Below are positions 55,761 through 64,000 of a DNA stretch of 64,000 nt, piece by piece (positions within the stretch are counted from its first letter, which is position 1; each line of letters opens with the position of its first letter). Both the position numbers and the translations under genes were made by a program. Under the pieces are notes generated by a model that was not told the DNA's origin, ran no database searches, and saw only the letters and a program-made list of their open reading frames with translations. Origin of the DNA: a virus (lineage: Duplodnaviria; Caudoviricetes); the IMG/VR virus record IMGVR_UViG_3300047561_001970, positions 21,100-85,099 of that record; one strand, 5' to 3'.

Positions 55761-55789
55761 AGTATACACACTATAAATCAATTCATCAA
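55761..55789 (-). promoter_or_regulatory. Sigma70-type early promoter TTGATG-N17-TATACT for the modification operon
   Basis: -35 at 55789-55784, -10 at 55766-55761, exact 17-nt spacer; back-to-back with late box ATTAAATA (55789-55796) of the opposite gene. Confidence 0.65.
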
Positions 55790-55800
55790 TTAAATAATAT

Positions 55801-56877
55801 GTGTATTATGCAGCTCCCGACATAGCCAATGCAGTATCAATGCTGCAAAGCAAGCTATCCCCAGACAGTCTATCATTTTTAACTGATATGACCAATATAC
55901 CCAGTTTTGATCAATTCAGCAGTCAACTGTCCAATTTGCTGCCAGAAAATATTCTTTCTTTAGGAGGTGGGGGTGCACTTGAGTTGCCAAATACAACCAA
56001 CCTACTCAATCAACTCAATAGTGTTGCATCTAGCGTTGCTCCTCAAATACAACAAAATGCAACATCAATGTTCAATTCATTGGCGGGAAAATTGCCAATA
56101 AACACAGCTGGCGTAACCTCCATACAAGACCTTGATAGTGCCGCAAAACAAATAGCATCCATTTCACAGGAATTCTCAAAACAAACATCCAAGCAAATGT
56201 TGGATGTGTTTAAAAATAATACACAGGGGGTACAGCTGGGCAGCTTGAACAATTCAATCAACACTACAATTGATGGTGCAGGTACTCTCTCGCCAAAAGG
56301 TGTGAGGGATCTTGGCAATTCAATAAACCTGCAGGGAAAGGTGAACACAGCAGTAACTGACACCACAAGCAGTCTCAAGAGCACATCATACAACCTGGCT
56401 GCAGAGCAAGCACAGAACATACCGTTCACAAGTTCAGCACAGGGCAATCTGCAGCAACTCAGCTCTCCAAAATTTAGTGGAAATAACTCTCAAGGCTTTG
56501 ACCTCTACGTGAGACGCACTGTGTATTGGGCATATGGATCTGGCACAGATTCAGATTCTGCAGCATTGAAGAGTTCCACAGGCAGGCAATTGCAACAAGG
56601 TGCAAGTGTTGCTGTTGACCCAAGCATTATTCCCTATCTGAGCCGTATTGATTTTCCAGATATTGGCACCCGGTATGCCACAGATACAGGTGGCGCTGTC
56701 AAAGCAAGAACAGCCAGCTCTGGCACAGTGCCAATCATTGATTTGTTTTTTCTTAACAAAGATGATGCATTGAAATTTGCCAACTCCTCACCTGCTTTTG
56801 TGACTGTGAAAGTGTATCCTCCCACAAGCAAGTATAAATACGTAGCAAATGCTTCTCCAACATACGGTATTGCATGA
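55801..56877 (+). CDS. 3D-domain (MltA-like) putative lytic transglycosylase with long Ser/Gln/Asn-rich N-terminus
   Basis: TVYW...STG..L..G.SVAVDP.IIPY.S.I.F......A.DTGGAVK...IIDLFF contains the three Asp residues; GTG start 4 nt after ATTAAATA. Confidence 0.8.
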   Translation: MYYAAPDIANAVSMLQSKLSPDSLSFLTDMTNIPSFDQFSSQLSNLLPENILSLGGGGALELPNTTNLLNQLNSVASSVAPQIQQNATSMFNSLAGKLPINTAGVTSIQDLDSAAKQIASISQEFSKQTSKQMLDVFKNNTQGVQLGSLNNSINTTIDGAGTLSPKGVRDLGNSINLQGKVNTAVTDTTSSLKSTSYNLAAEQAQNIPFTSSAQGNLQQLSSPKFSGNNSQGFDLYVRRTVYWAYGSGTDSDSAALKSSTGRQLQQGASVAVDPSIIPYLSRIDFPDIGTRYATDTGGAVKARTASSGTVPIIDLFFLNKDDALKFANSSPAFVTVKVYPPTSKYKYVANASPTYGIA

Positions 56878-59144
56878 ACTCTGACAACGGAAAATTATAT
56901 GGCAATTATCTTGGCATAGTCATTGCCAATAATGACCCTTCAAAAGGTGGTCGAGTGAAGATATTTGTACCAAGCATATCACCCTCGGCTTATAACAATT
57001 GGAACAAGGAACTAACTGATAGAAAATTTAAGTTTCTTGGTAAAAATATCGATAGTGATTTGACCAGTATTACTGATGAGTTGAAAGACATCTTACCCTG
57101 GGCACAATGTGCATCTCCTCTTGTTGGCGAGGTGTCATCTGGACGTTACAACAGCTACAATCAATCAGCCACTGTGAGTGACAGTAACGACTATACTAGC
57201 TCCACTCCGGTGGAAAAGTTCAAACCTACTGAATACAGTCAAAATCCAGATGGTACAGGTGAAAAGCCTGCAAATATTTTTGAAAAATATAACTTTTCTC
57301 CAACAGATGCATTTGTAAGTCCAGGTGCATCTGGCACTAACAAGGCAAATCTGTATGGTCACAACTACAGACCTGCATCTTATTCAAACAAAGCAAAAGG
57401 TTCATTTTCAATTCCACCTGTTGGTTCACATTTGTGGGTGTTCTTTATTGATGGCAATCCCATGTATCCAGTATATTTTGCAGCTAGCCATGGTACTGAG
57501 GAGTGGCAGGGGGTTTACGATTTTACTGATTACCCTGATTCGTATGAGAATAAAACGCCAAATACAAAAGAAACAGATCATAATGTGGAGATATACCGCA
57601 ACAAGTATCTGGTGAATCAGAAAGGTGGTACTCTTGAATTTGTTAACACAGATAACAGAGAGGCCATAAATCTTACTCACTACAGTGGCAGCTTCATTAG
57701 CCTCACAAATCCAACCACCATATATCTTGCCACTGCCAATGAGCAACATTTAGTAATGGGTGATAAGTTTGAAACTGTACGAGGCACAGATAATTATTAT
57801 GCAGAAGGAGACAAGGATGTCACAGTGCGTGGTGATGTGTATAGAAAAGTAGGCAGTCTGGATTCTAGCTCAACACAAAGATGGAAAGATTTGATGCAAG
57901 GTGTTGCTGATATAAAGCAAAGATTTGAAACACAGCGTGTAAAGGACAAACAGCTGTTTAATAGTATTCAACAAAGTCAAGCTGGCTCCTATGGGCCATG
58001 TCCTGTGTGTCAGCAAGGCCGAGCATATAATACCTTGCAAAATAATCCCTTTGGTTCAGTGTCTACCTCCACTATAACTACACCAACAGATCAAGTTACA
58101 TTGTACACACAAGTGGATGCAAAGGGTGCACAGCCACCAGGCAATGCACAAAATCTGGCCATCCCACCCACAGGTAAATGCCCAAGTTGTGGGGGGACAG
58201 GCAAGAGCATCAGCAGCATGGGAGGCAAATGGACTCCAGATCCTGCTAAACAACAATTGCAATCATTGATTGCATCGAAAATTATTGATTTGAGTAAAGC
58301 CGAAGCCAGTTTGGGGTTAGGTGGTCATGAGATTGTGGATGTTACTAAACATAAGATTGAAACCATTGGCACCATAATGAATGATTTTGGTAGCATCAGA
58401 GTGGACAGTGCAGGTAAGATATACAATGCAGGTGTCTATGTAGGAGACAGTGGTGTATTTGAGAATCAAGCATCAAGCCCTCTCATAGAGTATGTGCATG
58501 TGGATGATTTACCAGGTGGTAACTACACACTCAATGTGTGTAACCGCTACACGCTGCAAGTTGGTGCAGGTGGCATTAGCATGAAATCATTTGGACCCAT
58601 TCAAATAGGTGGCACTGTGATCAATATGAGTGGTGAACAAGTTAATATAGCAAGTGGTAATGAAGTCAATTTGGATGGTGGTAAGAGAATGACTATTACA
58701 GCAGATATCATGGTGTTCAAACAAAGACAGATGGGTCAGGTGTTGGTAGATAGCAGCCTGGGTGTAAGTAGAAATCTGATTGTTGGTGGGGGCGCACACA
58801 TTGAAGGGGAATTAACTGTGAATCATGTTACAGCACCAGTTGAAATTCAGCAAACAGAAAATACTGTTGTGTATGGCACAACCAACACAGGGGTTGATCA
58901 AATCATAGGATATGTAAGGGGTGTGCAGGGTGGTACTAGCACTGTTGCTGTGTATAATAGTAATGGCGCAGGTGCTTTTGGTTCAGATGATTGCATCAAG
59001 ACACTGCCACATTCACATCATTTTAGAAACCTGCCTCTCAACTTAGTTGCTAGTAACACAGATCTGCGAAAAGCTGCTGCAGCAAACAATAATGTTGATA
59101 GAACAGATGCAGCACCACAGAATAATGCTAAGAAAGGTCCTTAG
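56874..59144 (+). CDS. Baseplate central spike (gp5/VgrG-like) without a T4 lysozyme domain, with CxxC...CxxCxGxG insertion
   Basis: Y.GIV..N.DP...GRVK.FVP, LPWA, FS.PP.G..LWV.F.DG.P..PVY (gp5 OB fold); V.G....T repeats; CPVC and CPSCGGTG; terminal HSHHF. Confidence 0.85.
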   Translation: MNSDNGKLYGNYLGIVIANNDPSKGGRVKIFVPSISPSAYNNWNKELTDRKFKFLGKNIDSDLTSITDELKDILPWAQCASPLVGEVSSGRYNSYNQSATVSDSNDYTSSTPVEKFKPTEYSQNPDGTGEKPANIFEKYNFSPTDAFVSPGASGTNKANLYGHNYRPASYSNKAKGSFSIPPVGSHLWVFFIDGNPMYPVYFAASHGTEEWQGVYDFTDYPDSYENKTPNTKETDHNVEIYRNKYLVNQKGGTLEFVNTDNREAINLTHYSGSFISLTNPTTIYLATANEQHLVMGDKFETVRGTDNYYAEGDKDVTVRGDVYRKVGSLDSSSTQRWKDLMQGVADIKQRFETQRVKDKQLFNSIQQSQAGSYGPCPVCQQGRAYNTLQNNPFGSVSTSTITTPTDQVTLYTQVDAKGAQPPGNAQNLAIPPTGKCPSCGGTGKSISSMGGKWTPDPAKQQLQSLIASKIIDLSKAEASLGLGGHEIVDVTKHKIETIGTIMNDFGSIRVDSAGKIYNAGVYVGDSGVFENQASSPLIEYVHVDDLPGGNYTLNVCNRYTLQVGAGGISMKSFGPIQIGGTVINMSGEQVNIASGNEVNLDGGKRMTITADIMVFKQRQMGQVLVDSSLGVSRNLIVGGGAHIEGELTVNHVTAPVEIQQTENTVVYGTTNTGVDQIIGYVRGVQGGTSTVAVYNSNGAGAFGSDDCIKTLPHSHHFRNLPLNLVASNTDLRKAAAANNNVDRTDAAPQNNAKKGP

Positions 59145-59322
59145 TCTTCTTGTCCCAAGCTTGTTTAAATTTGAACACCCAATCCATCAAGGCATATTCA
59201 AAACCAACATCTTTTCCAGCTCTCTCACTCTCAAACCATTTATGTTTCAAGATCTCTTCTCTCATTAGAGAGAAGTGCTTATAGAGACTGGTAGCTGAAA
59301 GTATCGGTGCACTACTACTCAC
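59128..59322 (-). CDS. Small DUF4032-like protein
   Basis: SLYKHF...REEILKHKW.ESE.AG.DVGFE.AL.DW; GTG start 5 nt after perfect TATAAATA (59335-59328). Confidence 0.75.
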   Translation of the reverse strand: MSSSAPILSATSLYKHFSLMREEILKHKWFESERAGKDVGFEYALMDWVFKFKQAWDKKTKDLS

Positions 59323-59422
59323 ATCTTTATTTATACAAATAGTCCCGTACATTTACGAGCCCACCTCCCACCCCTATTTGTATGCACCTTCATACTTACT
59401 TATTTTTCGCAGAGGTAGTTTT

Positions 59423-60655
59423 TTAAGAATTATGGTGAGGATGATCCAGGTAATGATAGCCTGGGGCAGTAATCTTTGGCTCTTCTTTTTCAGATGCAAA
59501 TAATTTCGCTGCAGCCACTTCTTTATCAGTACTAGCAGAGTATATTTTAGAAAAAATCTTTGTCTTCTTTTCTTCTTCCACAACTGGCTCAACACGCCTT
59601 GTGCCACGAATCATGTACACAATCACTATGTCAATCATTTCAAGCAAGAATGCTAATAAGCAACAAATTAGCGCGGTTATTTCTCCACGCATTAAAGCGC
59701 CAAAAGAAAGCTGTATAACATCTTCTGTCTTGAAGGAAACAAATTGTGGTTCTATGTTCATTTTGGAGCTAATAGTAGAGATGCTGTTGTTCACTTGTAT
59801 GGTAACTCTTGTCAAATCATTAAAATTATCCACATTATTAATCTGATACAGAATACCTTTATTCTTTGTATCTGATGCCACCAGGCTCTCAATCTCCTGT
59901 AACCCCTCTTTACTTTTATTGATTTGCACCTGATAAGTATTTTCAATTTTCTGTACTTCAGCTTCCTTTTCGTCAATAAACTTCCTTGATTCTAGATCAT
60001 TCTTAGCTTTGATCTTGCGCACTTCAGCATCAATCTCTTTGGCACGGGGACCATCACCAGGCTTACCAGTGGTACTTGAACCTCTGACACCTTCACGTTC
60101 ATCAATGGCTGTTTGCTTTGCATCTAACAAGCTGCTATCAAGACCATTGACTCTGCCATTAAATTTTGCCGTAATATCAGCAATCTGTTTGTCCTTTGAT
60201 TTCTGTAAAGTAATTTTTTCTTCTTCAATCTTACTGCGAGCAATGGTGTTGAAATAGTTTACTTTCTCTACTAATTCAAATTTAGTAGCTATTAAAGCCT
60301 GTCTGATGCTTGTCTCACTGTAGAAACCAACAAAGTCAAATATGGCAGGCAATATGCTTATGGCCAGACAAAGAATTGCATGCTTTGGTTCAAAGTGCTC
60401 ATTGCCAAACAGCACAATTTTAATGCAGTAGGGTAAACCAACAACAGACAGACTGGCAATGAATATGAACAGCTTGTTCCAATCAGGTAGAATCAAGCTC
60501 AACGCGTGAAAAGCAAACACAGTAGCCACAACCATCACAATGCCATAAACATAGTTAAGTAATTGACTGGCAAGCTTATTCCTTGTGTAGAACCCAAAAA
60601 GGGTAGGAAACATGTGATTATTGGCCAGTTTTTTAGTGTCGAGAATGGGAATCAT
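59423..60655 (-). CDS. DUF4407-like membrane protein (3 N-terminal TM helices, long coiled coil, C-terminal TM)
   Basis: Hydrophobic segments in aa 30-120 and about 320-350; E..G..GS.T.GK.G.GP.A motif in the coiled region. Confidence 0.7.
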   Translation of the reverse strand: MIPILDTKKLANNHMFPTLFGFYTRNKLASQLLNYVYGIVMVVATVFAFHALSLILPDWNKLFIFIASLSVVGLPYCIKIVLFGNEHFEPKHAILCLAISILPAIFDFVGFYSETSIRQALIATKFELVEKVNYFNTIARSKIEEEKITLQKSKDKQIADITAKFNGRVNGLDSSLLDAKQTAIDEREGVRGSSTTGKPGDGPRAKEIDAEVRKIKAKNDLESRKFIDEKEAEVQKIENTYQVQINKSKEGLQEIESLVASDTKNKGILYQINNVDNFNDLTRVTIQVNNSISTISSKMNIEPQFVSFKTEDVIQLSFGALMRGEITALICCLLAFLLEMIDIVIVYMIRGTRRVEPVVEEEKKTKIFSKIYSASTDKEVAAAKLFASEKEEPKITAPGYHYLDHPHHNS

Positions 60656-60658
60656 GCG

Positions 60659-60683
60659 TGTAGTATTTATGGAGAATACTACA
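60659..60683 (-). promoter_or_regulatory. Hairpin TGTAGTATT-N7-AATACTACA overlapping late box CATAAATA (60671-60664), 3 nt before the start codon
   Basis: Perfect 9-bp inverted repeat filling the nrdB to DUF4407 spacer. Confidence 0.7.
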
Positions 60684-60687
60684 GTAA

Positions 60688-61752
60688 TCAGAGCTTAATA
60701 TCATCAAAAACGTCTTCGGAAATGTTTGTATCACGTGCTGCAACTTTGTATGCACCAATCTCAGCTTCTTGTGGCGCCACCTGTACTTTGCTGCTGTCCA
60801 GGTAACTATCCAGCCAACCACTGATGGGGTTGGTTTTCTGATTGAAAATTTTCTTGTAACCAAGTGATCTCAATCTAACATCACACAGCCACTTGGAGTA
60901 ACCACCAAGTACTTCTGCATTTAACCCAAGCAAAGATCCTTTGCTAAAGAGATATTCTGCCCATTCAATTTCATTTTTTGCAGCTTGTTCATAGATAGCA
61001 TAAATTTTATCTTCATTCTTCTTGACAATGCTGGAAAATCCCTCTCTATCTTCATCACGTAAGATCTTTAATAAGTTTTGTGTTATTGCAAAATGCTGTG
61101 ATTCATCCCTTTGAATAAATTTTATAATCTTGGCATTGCCTTCCATCTTGCCTCTGTAACCAAAGTAAAATGAACAAGCAAAACTAATATAAAACACAAG
61201 TCCTTCCATCACATTCACTGCCAGAATGCAGTCAAATATGCGCTCTTTAATGTCCTTCTTATTCTCACTGCCTAAAATTTTATCATAATTATTTCGGATT
61301 AATTCTGCTCGCGACAGAATATCTTTATCCTCAATGATGCTATCAAAAAACGCTGTTGGATCTGGATGCACATTGTTCAACAAATATGAATAGCTGTAGC
61401 TATGAATGCCCTCAAAGCGTGCCCATGTGTTCATGCATATTTCTAGTTCAGGGTTAGACACATACTCTTTTAGCGAATGTATGGACCTAGATAACATGCT
61501 ATCCCCAAGTGTCTGGAAGCGCAGATTAGTATCAAATACAAATCTTTCTTCTGTGGTCAATTCACGATAATCACTTCGGTCTTTTTGCAGGCTAATTTCA
61601 TGAGGCCACCAGAAAAACTCCTCTTGTTTCTTGAACAATTCAAAGAATATAGGATATTTAAATCTATCATATCGCTGCAAATTAAGATCTTCACCAAGAA
61701 ATAATGGCTGCTTGGTATAGTCTATATTTTTGAAATTTAAAACAGTCTTCAT
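60688..61752 (-). CDS. nrdB: Ribonucleotide reductase class Ia beta subunit
   Basis: FW.P.EI.L.KD, QTL.DS, E.IHS.SY (radical Tyr), EG..FY.SF, I.RDE..H, VAPQE.E. Confidence 0.97.
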   Translation of the reverse strand: MKTVLNFKNIDYTKQPLFLGEDLNLQRYDRFKYPIFFELFKKQEEFFWWPHEISLQKDRSDYRELTTEERFVFDTNLRFQTLGDSMLSRSIHSLKEYVSNPELEICMNTWARFEGIHSYSYSYLLNNVHPDPTAFFDSIIEDKDILSRAELIRNNYDKILGSENKKDIKERIFDCILAVNVMEGLVFYISFACSFYFGYRGKMEGNAKIIKFIQRDESQHFAITQNLLKILRDEDREGFSSIVKKNEDKIYAIYEQAAKNEIEWAEYLFSKGSLLGLNAEVLGGYSKWLCDVRLRSLGYKKIFNQKTNPISGWLDSYLDSSKVQVAPQEAEIGAYKVAARDTNISEDVFDDIKL

Positions 61753-61765
61753 GGCCAGTCTTTAT

Positions 61766-64000
61766 TTATAGCTTACAAGCGCCACTGGCACAATCTGTTT
61801 CCCGAGAAGTACTCTGTTCTTTATCTCCATCATCTGTGTTGTTGTAATACAAGCTAATCAATCCCATGCTGTATGCATACATTATTTCCTTCATAACTTT
61901 ACCATCAGGAAGAACATGTTTGTCATAATGACTGTAATTATAGTATATGTTAGTAGAAATAGCCATATCAATATACTTTTGAATCACAGCATTAACATTA
62001 ATTAGCCCAATGTTATCAGGCAAGTTGTAAGCCAATTGATAGTTGTCATGATATTTTCCAATTCCTGGAGCAAGCACAGGCAGCTTGCCCATTTTGGACA
62101 TTTTGTAAGTGATGAGCGAGCGAATGGGCTCCACACCATTGGTGGAGCTCTGAATTACTGAACTTGATTCACAAGGCATGACTGCAGACACTGTGCTATG
62201 CCGCAATCCTACTTCCTTCACTTCTTTTTTTAAGGCATCCCAGTCAAGCGCTAATTTATGCTTGGAGATGTCATTCACTTTTTTCTTGTATGTATCAATG
62301 GGGAAGATGCCCTTTGCGTATTTGGTTCTATCAAACTTCTCGCATTTGCCTTTTTCTCTAGCCAGCTGTGCACTAGCTTTGAGAAGATAATATTGAAAAT
62401 GCTCCATCCATTCATCAATTAATGCAGGGGCTTTAGGTGAGGTGTAGCTCACCTCATTTTTAGCCAGAAATGCTGCAAGGTTTGTAATTCCAACACCGAT
62501 GCTTCTGCGCTTTTTTGCAAAGTTCTCTGCAGCTTTGTTAAAATAATCTTGAATGTCAATTATTTCATCAAGAAATCTAACAATGAGCTCACATATTTTC
62601 TCCAGATCAGCCCAGCTTTTGATTTCCAGCATATTAACTGCAGACAGAATGCACATGCCAATCTCTGCATCAGGGTCATGGAAATCTTTTAGCGGTATAT
62701 AAGGATGAATGATCTCAGTGCACAGATTGGACATAGTAACTTTATCCAGCCATGCACCATGTTCATTGGCAGTATCCACATTGAGAACATAGATGCGACC
62801 TGTCTCCACCCGTTCTTTGACCAGCAAAGAAAACAACTTGCGTGCAGACAGCTTCTTTTTAATTTTAATCTTCTTATCATGCTCACATTCCTCATAAACC
62901 TTATTAAATGCCGGTGTACCCCATGCTTCCCACAATTGAGGCACCTCATGGGGTGAGAAAAGTGTAATGTTTTCGTTTTTTATGACCCTATCATAAAATA
63001 ATTTGGAAAGTCCTATGGTATAATCAAGCTTGCGCACACGATTATCATCTGTGCCAGCATTATTCTTTAACACAATAATATCTTCAATTTCATGATGCCA
63101 CCACTGCACGTTAACAGTTGCGGAACCACCACGAATGGAGTTTTGTTGCCACGCCTTAACAGACGCTTCATATATTTTTAGAAATGGTATCAATCCAGTG
63201 TGCACAACAGACCCTCCATTGACAGGACTGCCCATGGCACGTATGCGTGACACATCGATGCCTATGCCACAACGACTGGCTGTTGCGAGTGAAATTGCTG
63301 TACCAGAGGCAGTAATTGACTCCTTGGTATCATCCACTCCAATCAAACAGCAACTTGCATACCCTCTTGAAATGGTTCGCACACCAGCCATGATGGGTGT
63401 AGGCAAGCTAATTTTATGTTTAGAAATTGCATCGTAAAACTTTCTCACATAATTTAACCGGCTCTCTTTGGGGTAGTTTATGAAGGAATATGCTGCAATT
63501 AAAATATAAGCAAATTGTGGTGTTTCGTATATTACATCTGTAATTCTATTTTTAATAAGATATTTGTCGCATAGCTGCTTAACACCTGCATATGTAAATA
63601 GAAAATCTCTATCATGGTCAATGAATTCACCAATTTTTCCCAGTTCTTCATCTGTATATTTGTCGCAAATTTGTGAATCATATATCTTTGATTTGAGACC
63701 ATTCTTTACAGTATCAATTAGTCGGGGTGCATGGCGACCACCCCACACATCTTTTCTTAGTTGATAATTCAATAAACGCGCTGCTGCAAACTGGTAGTCA
63801 GGCTTTTCCACAGAAATTAAATTTGCTGCAGCTTCAATTAGACTTTGATGTATGTCCCGTGTACTGATGTTGTCAGTCATGTTGAGCTTGGAGTTGATTT
63901 CAATATCGGACAGACTCACACCCTCTAGCCCTTCGATTGCCCAGGTAATGACCTTGTGTATCTTGTCTATGTTGAATTTCTCAGTATCCCTGCTGCGTTT
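61766..64000 (-). CDS. nrdA: Ribonucleotide reductase class Ia alpha subunit with ATP-cone; 5' end outside the window
   Basis: Frame open to base 64000 (KRSRDTEKFNIDKI...). YETPQ, SLPTP...GVRT, SCCLI, SNLCTEI, CILSAVN, P.ESSS.I...TNG.EP, LYY, C-terminal CASGACKL. Confidence 0.97.
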   Translation of the reverse strand, partial: KRSRDTEKFNIDKIHKVITWAIEGLEGVSLSDIEINSKLNMTDNISTRDIHQSLIEAAANLISVEKPDYQFAAARLLNYQLRKDVWGGRHAPRLIDTVKNGLKSKIYDSQICDKYTDEELGKIGEFIDHDRDFLFTYAGVKQLCDKYLIKNRITDVIYETPQFAYILIAAYSFINYPKESRLNYVRKFYDAISKHKISLPTPIMAGVRTISRGYASCCLIGVDDTKESITASGTAISLATASRCGIGIDVSRIRAMGSPVNGGSVVHTGLIPFLKIYEASVKAWQQNSIRGGSATVNVQWWHHEIEDIIVLKNNAGTDDNRVRKLDYTIGLSKLFYDRVIKNENITLFSPHEVPQLWEAWGTPAFNKVYEECEHDKKIKIKKKLSARKLFSLLVKERVETGRIYVLNVDTANEHGAWLDKVTMSNLCTEIIHPYIPLKDFHDPDAEIGMCILSAVNMLEIKSWADLEKICELIVRFLDEIIDIQDYFNKAAENFAKKRRSIGVGITNLAAFLAKNEVSYTSPKAPALIDEWMEHFQYYLLKASAQLAREKGKCEKFDRTKYAKGIFPIDTYKKKVNDISKHKLALDWDALKKEVKEVGLRHSTVSAVMPCESSSVIQSSTNGVEPIRSLITYKMSKMGKLPVLAPGIGKYHDNYQLAYNLPDNIGLINVNAVIQKYIDMAISTNIYYNYSHYDKHVLPDGKVMKEIMYAYSMGLISLYYNNTDDGDKEQSTSRETDCASGACKL

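Noticed and set aside
188-63764. The many 60-190 aa ORFs antisense or out of frame within long genes (e.g. 3664-4029, 32022-32426, 39416-39991, 50267-50752, 56043-56447)
   Set aside because: Shadow ORFs of strongly biased coding strands; no start signals and no recognisable motifs.
60688-64000. Intron or intein in nrdA/nrdB, common in T4-like phages
   Set aside because: Both frames are continuous, of normal length, with all catalytic motifs at expected spacing.
1-64000. Stop-codon reassignment (alternative genetic code)
   Set aside because: Core genes are full length under code 11, and TAA, TGA and TAG all serve as stops at gene junctions.

Overview
A 64-kb segment of a large T4-like (Tevenvirinae/Kyanoviridae-style gene set) contractile-tailed dsDNA phage genome, standard genetic code, about 95% coding. 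Order: tail sheath/tube/baseplate module (1-8.5 kb); small terminase, dUTPase, clamp loader; baseplate wedge and a long array of lectin/propeller/Ig-like appendage proteins (11-34 kb); neck, head completion, prohead protease, scaffold, major capsid (34-39 kb); a theta(LCIB)-class carbonic anhydrase-like gene; a compact group I ribozyme core on the minus strand that interrupts no obvious gene (about 40.15-40.38 kb); tail-fibre/LamG genes including a 2195-aa fibre (40.4-50.8 kb); a 7-deazaguanine DNA-modification operon (DpdA-like, PurN paralog, GMP reductase, Nmad1, kinase, QueF; 51.2-55.7 kb); 3D-domain muralytic protein plus gp5 spike; a DUF4032-like mini-gene; a DUF4407-like membrane protein; class Ia nrdB and nrdA (partial). 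Late genes are preceded by a T4-like (T/A/G/C)ATAAATA box 4-6 nt before the start codon, implying leaderless late mRNAs. All family assignments are motif recognition by eye, not database searches. The most unusual items are the apparently free-standing group I ribozyme, the possibly virion-anchored theta-carbonic anhydrase and the guanine-replacement operon with GMP reductase.
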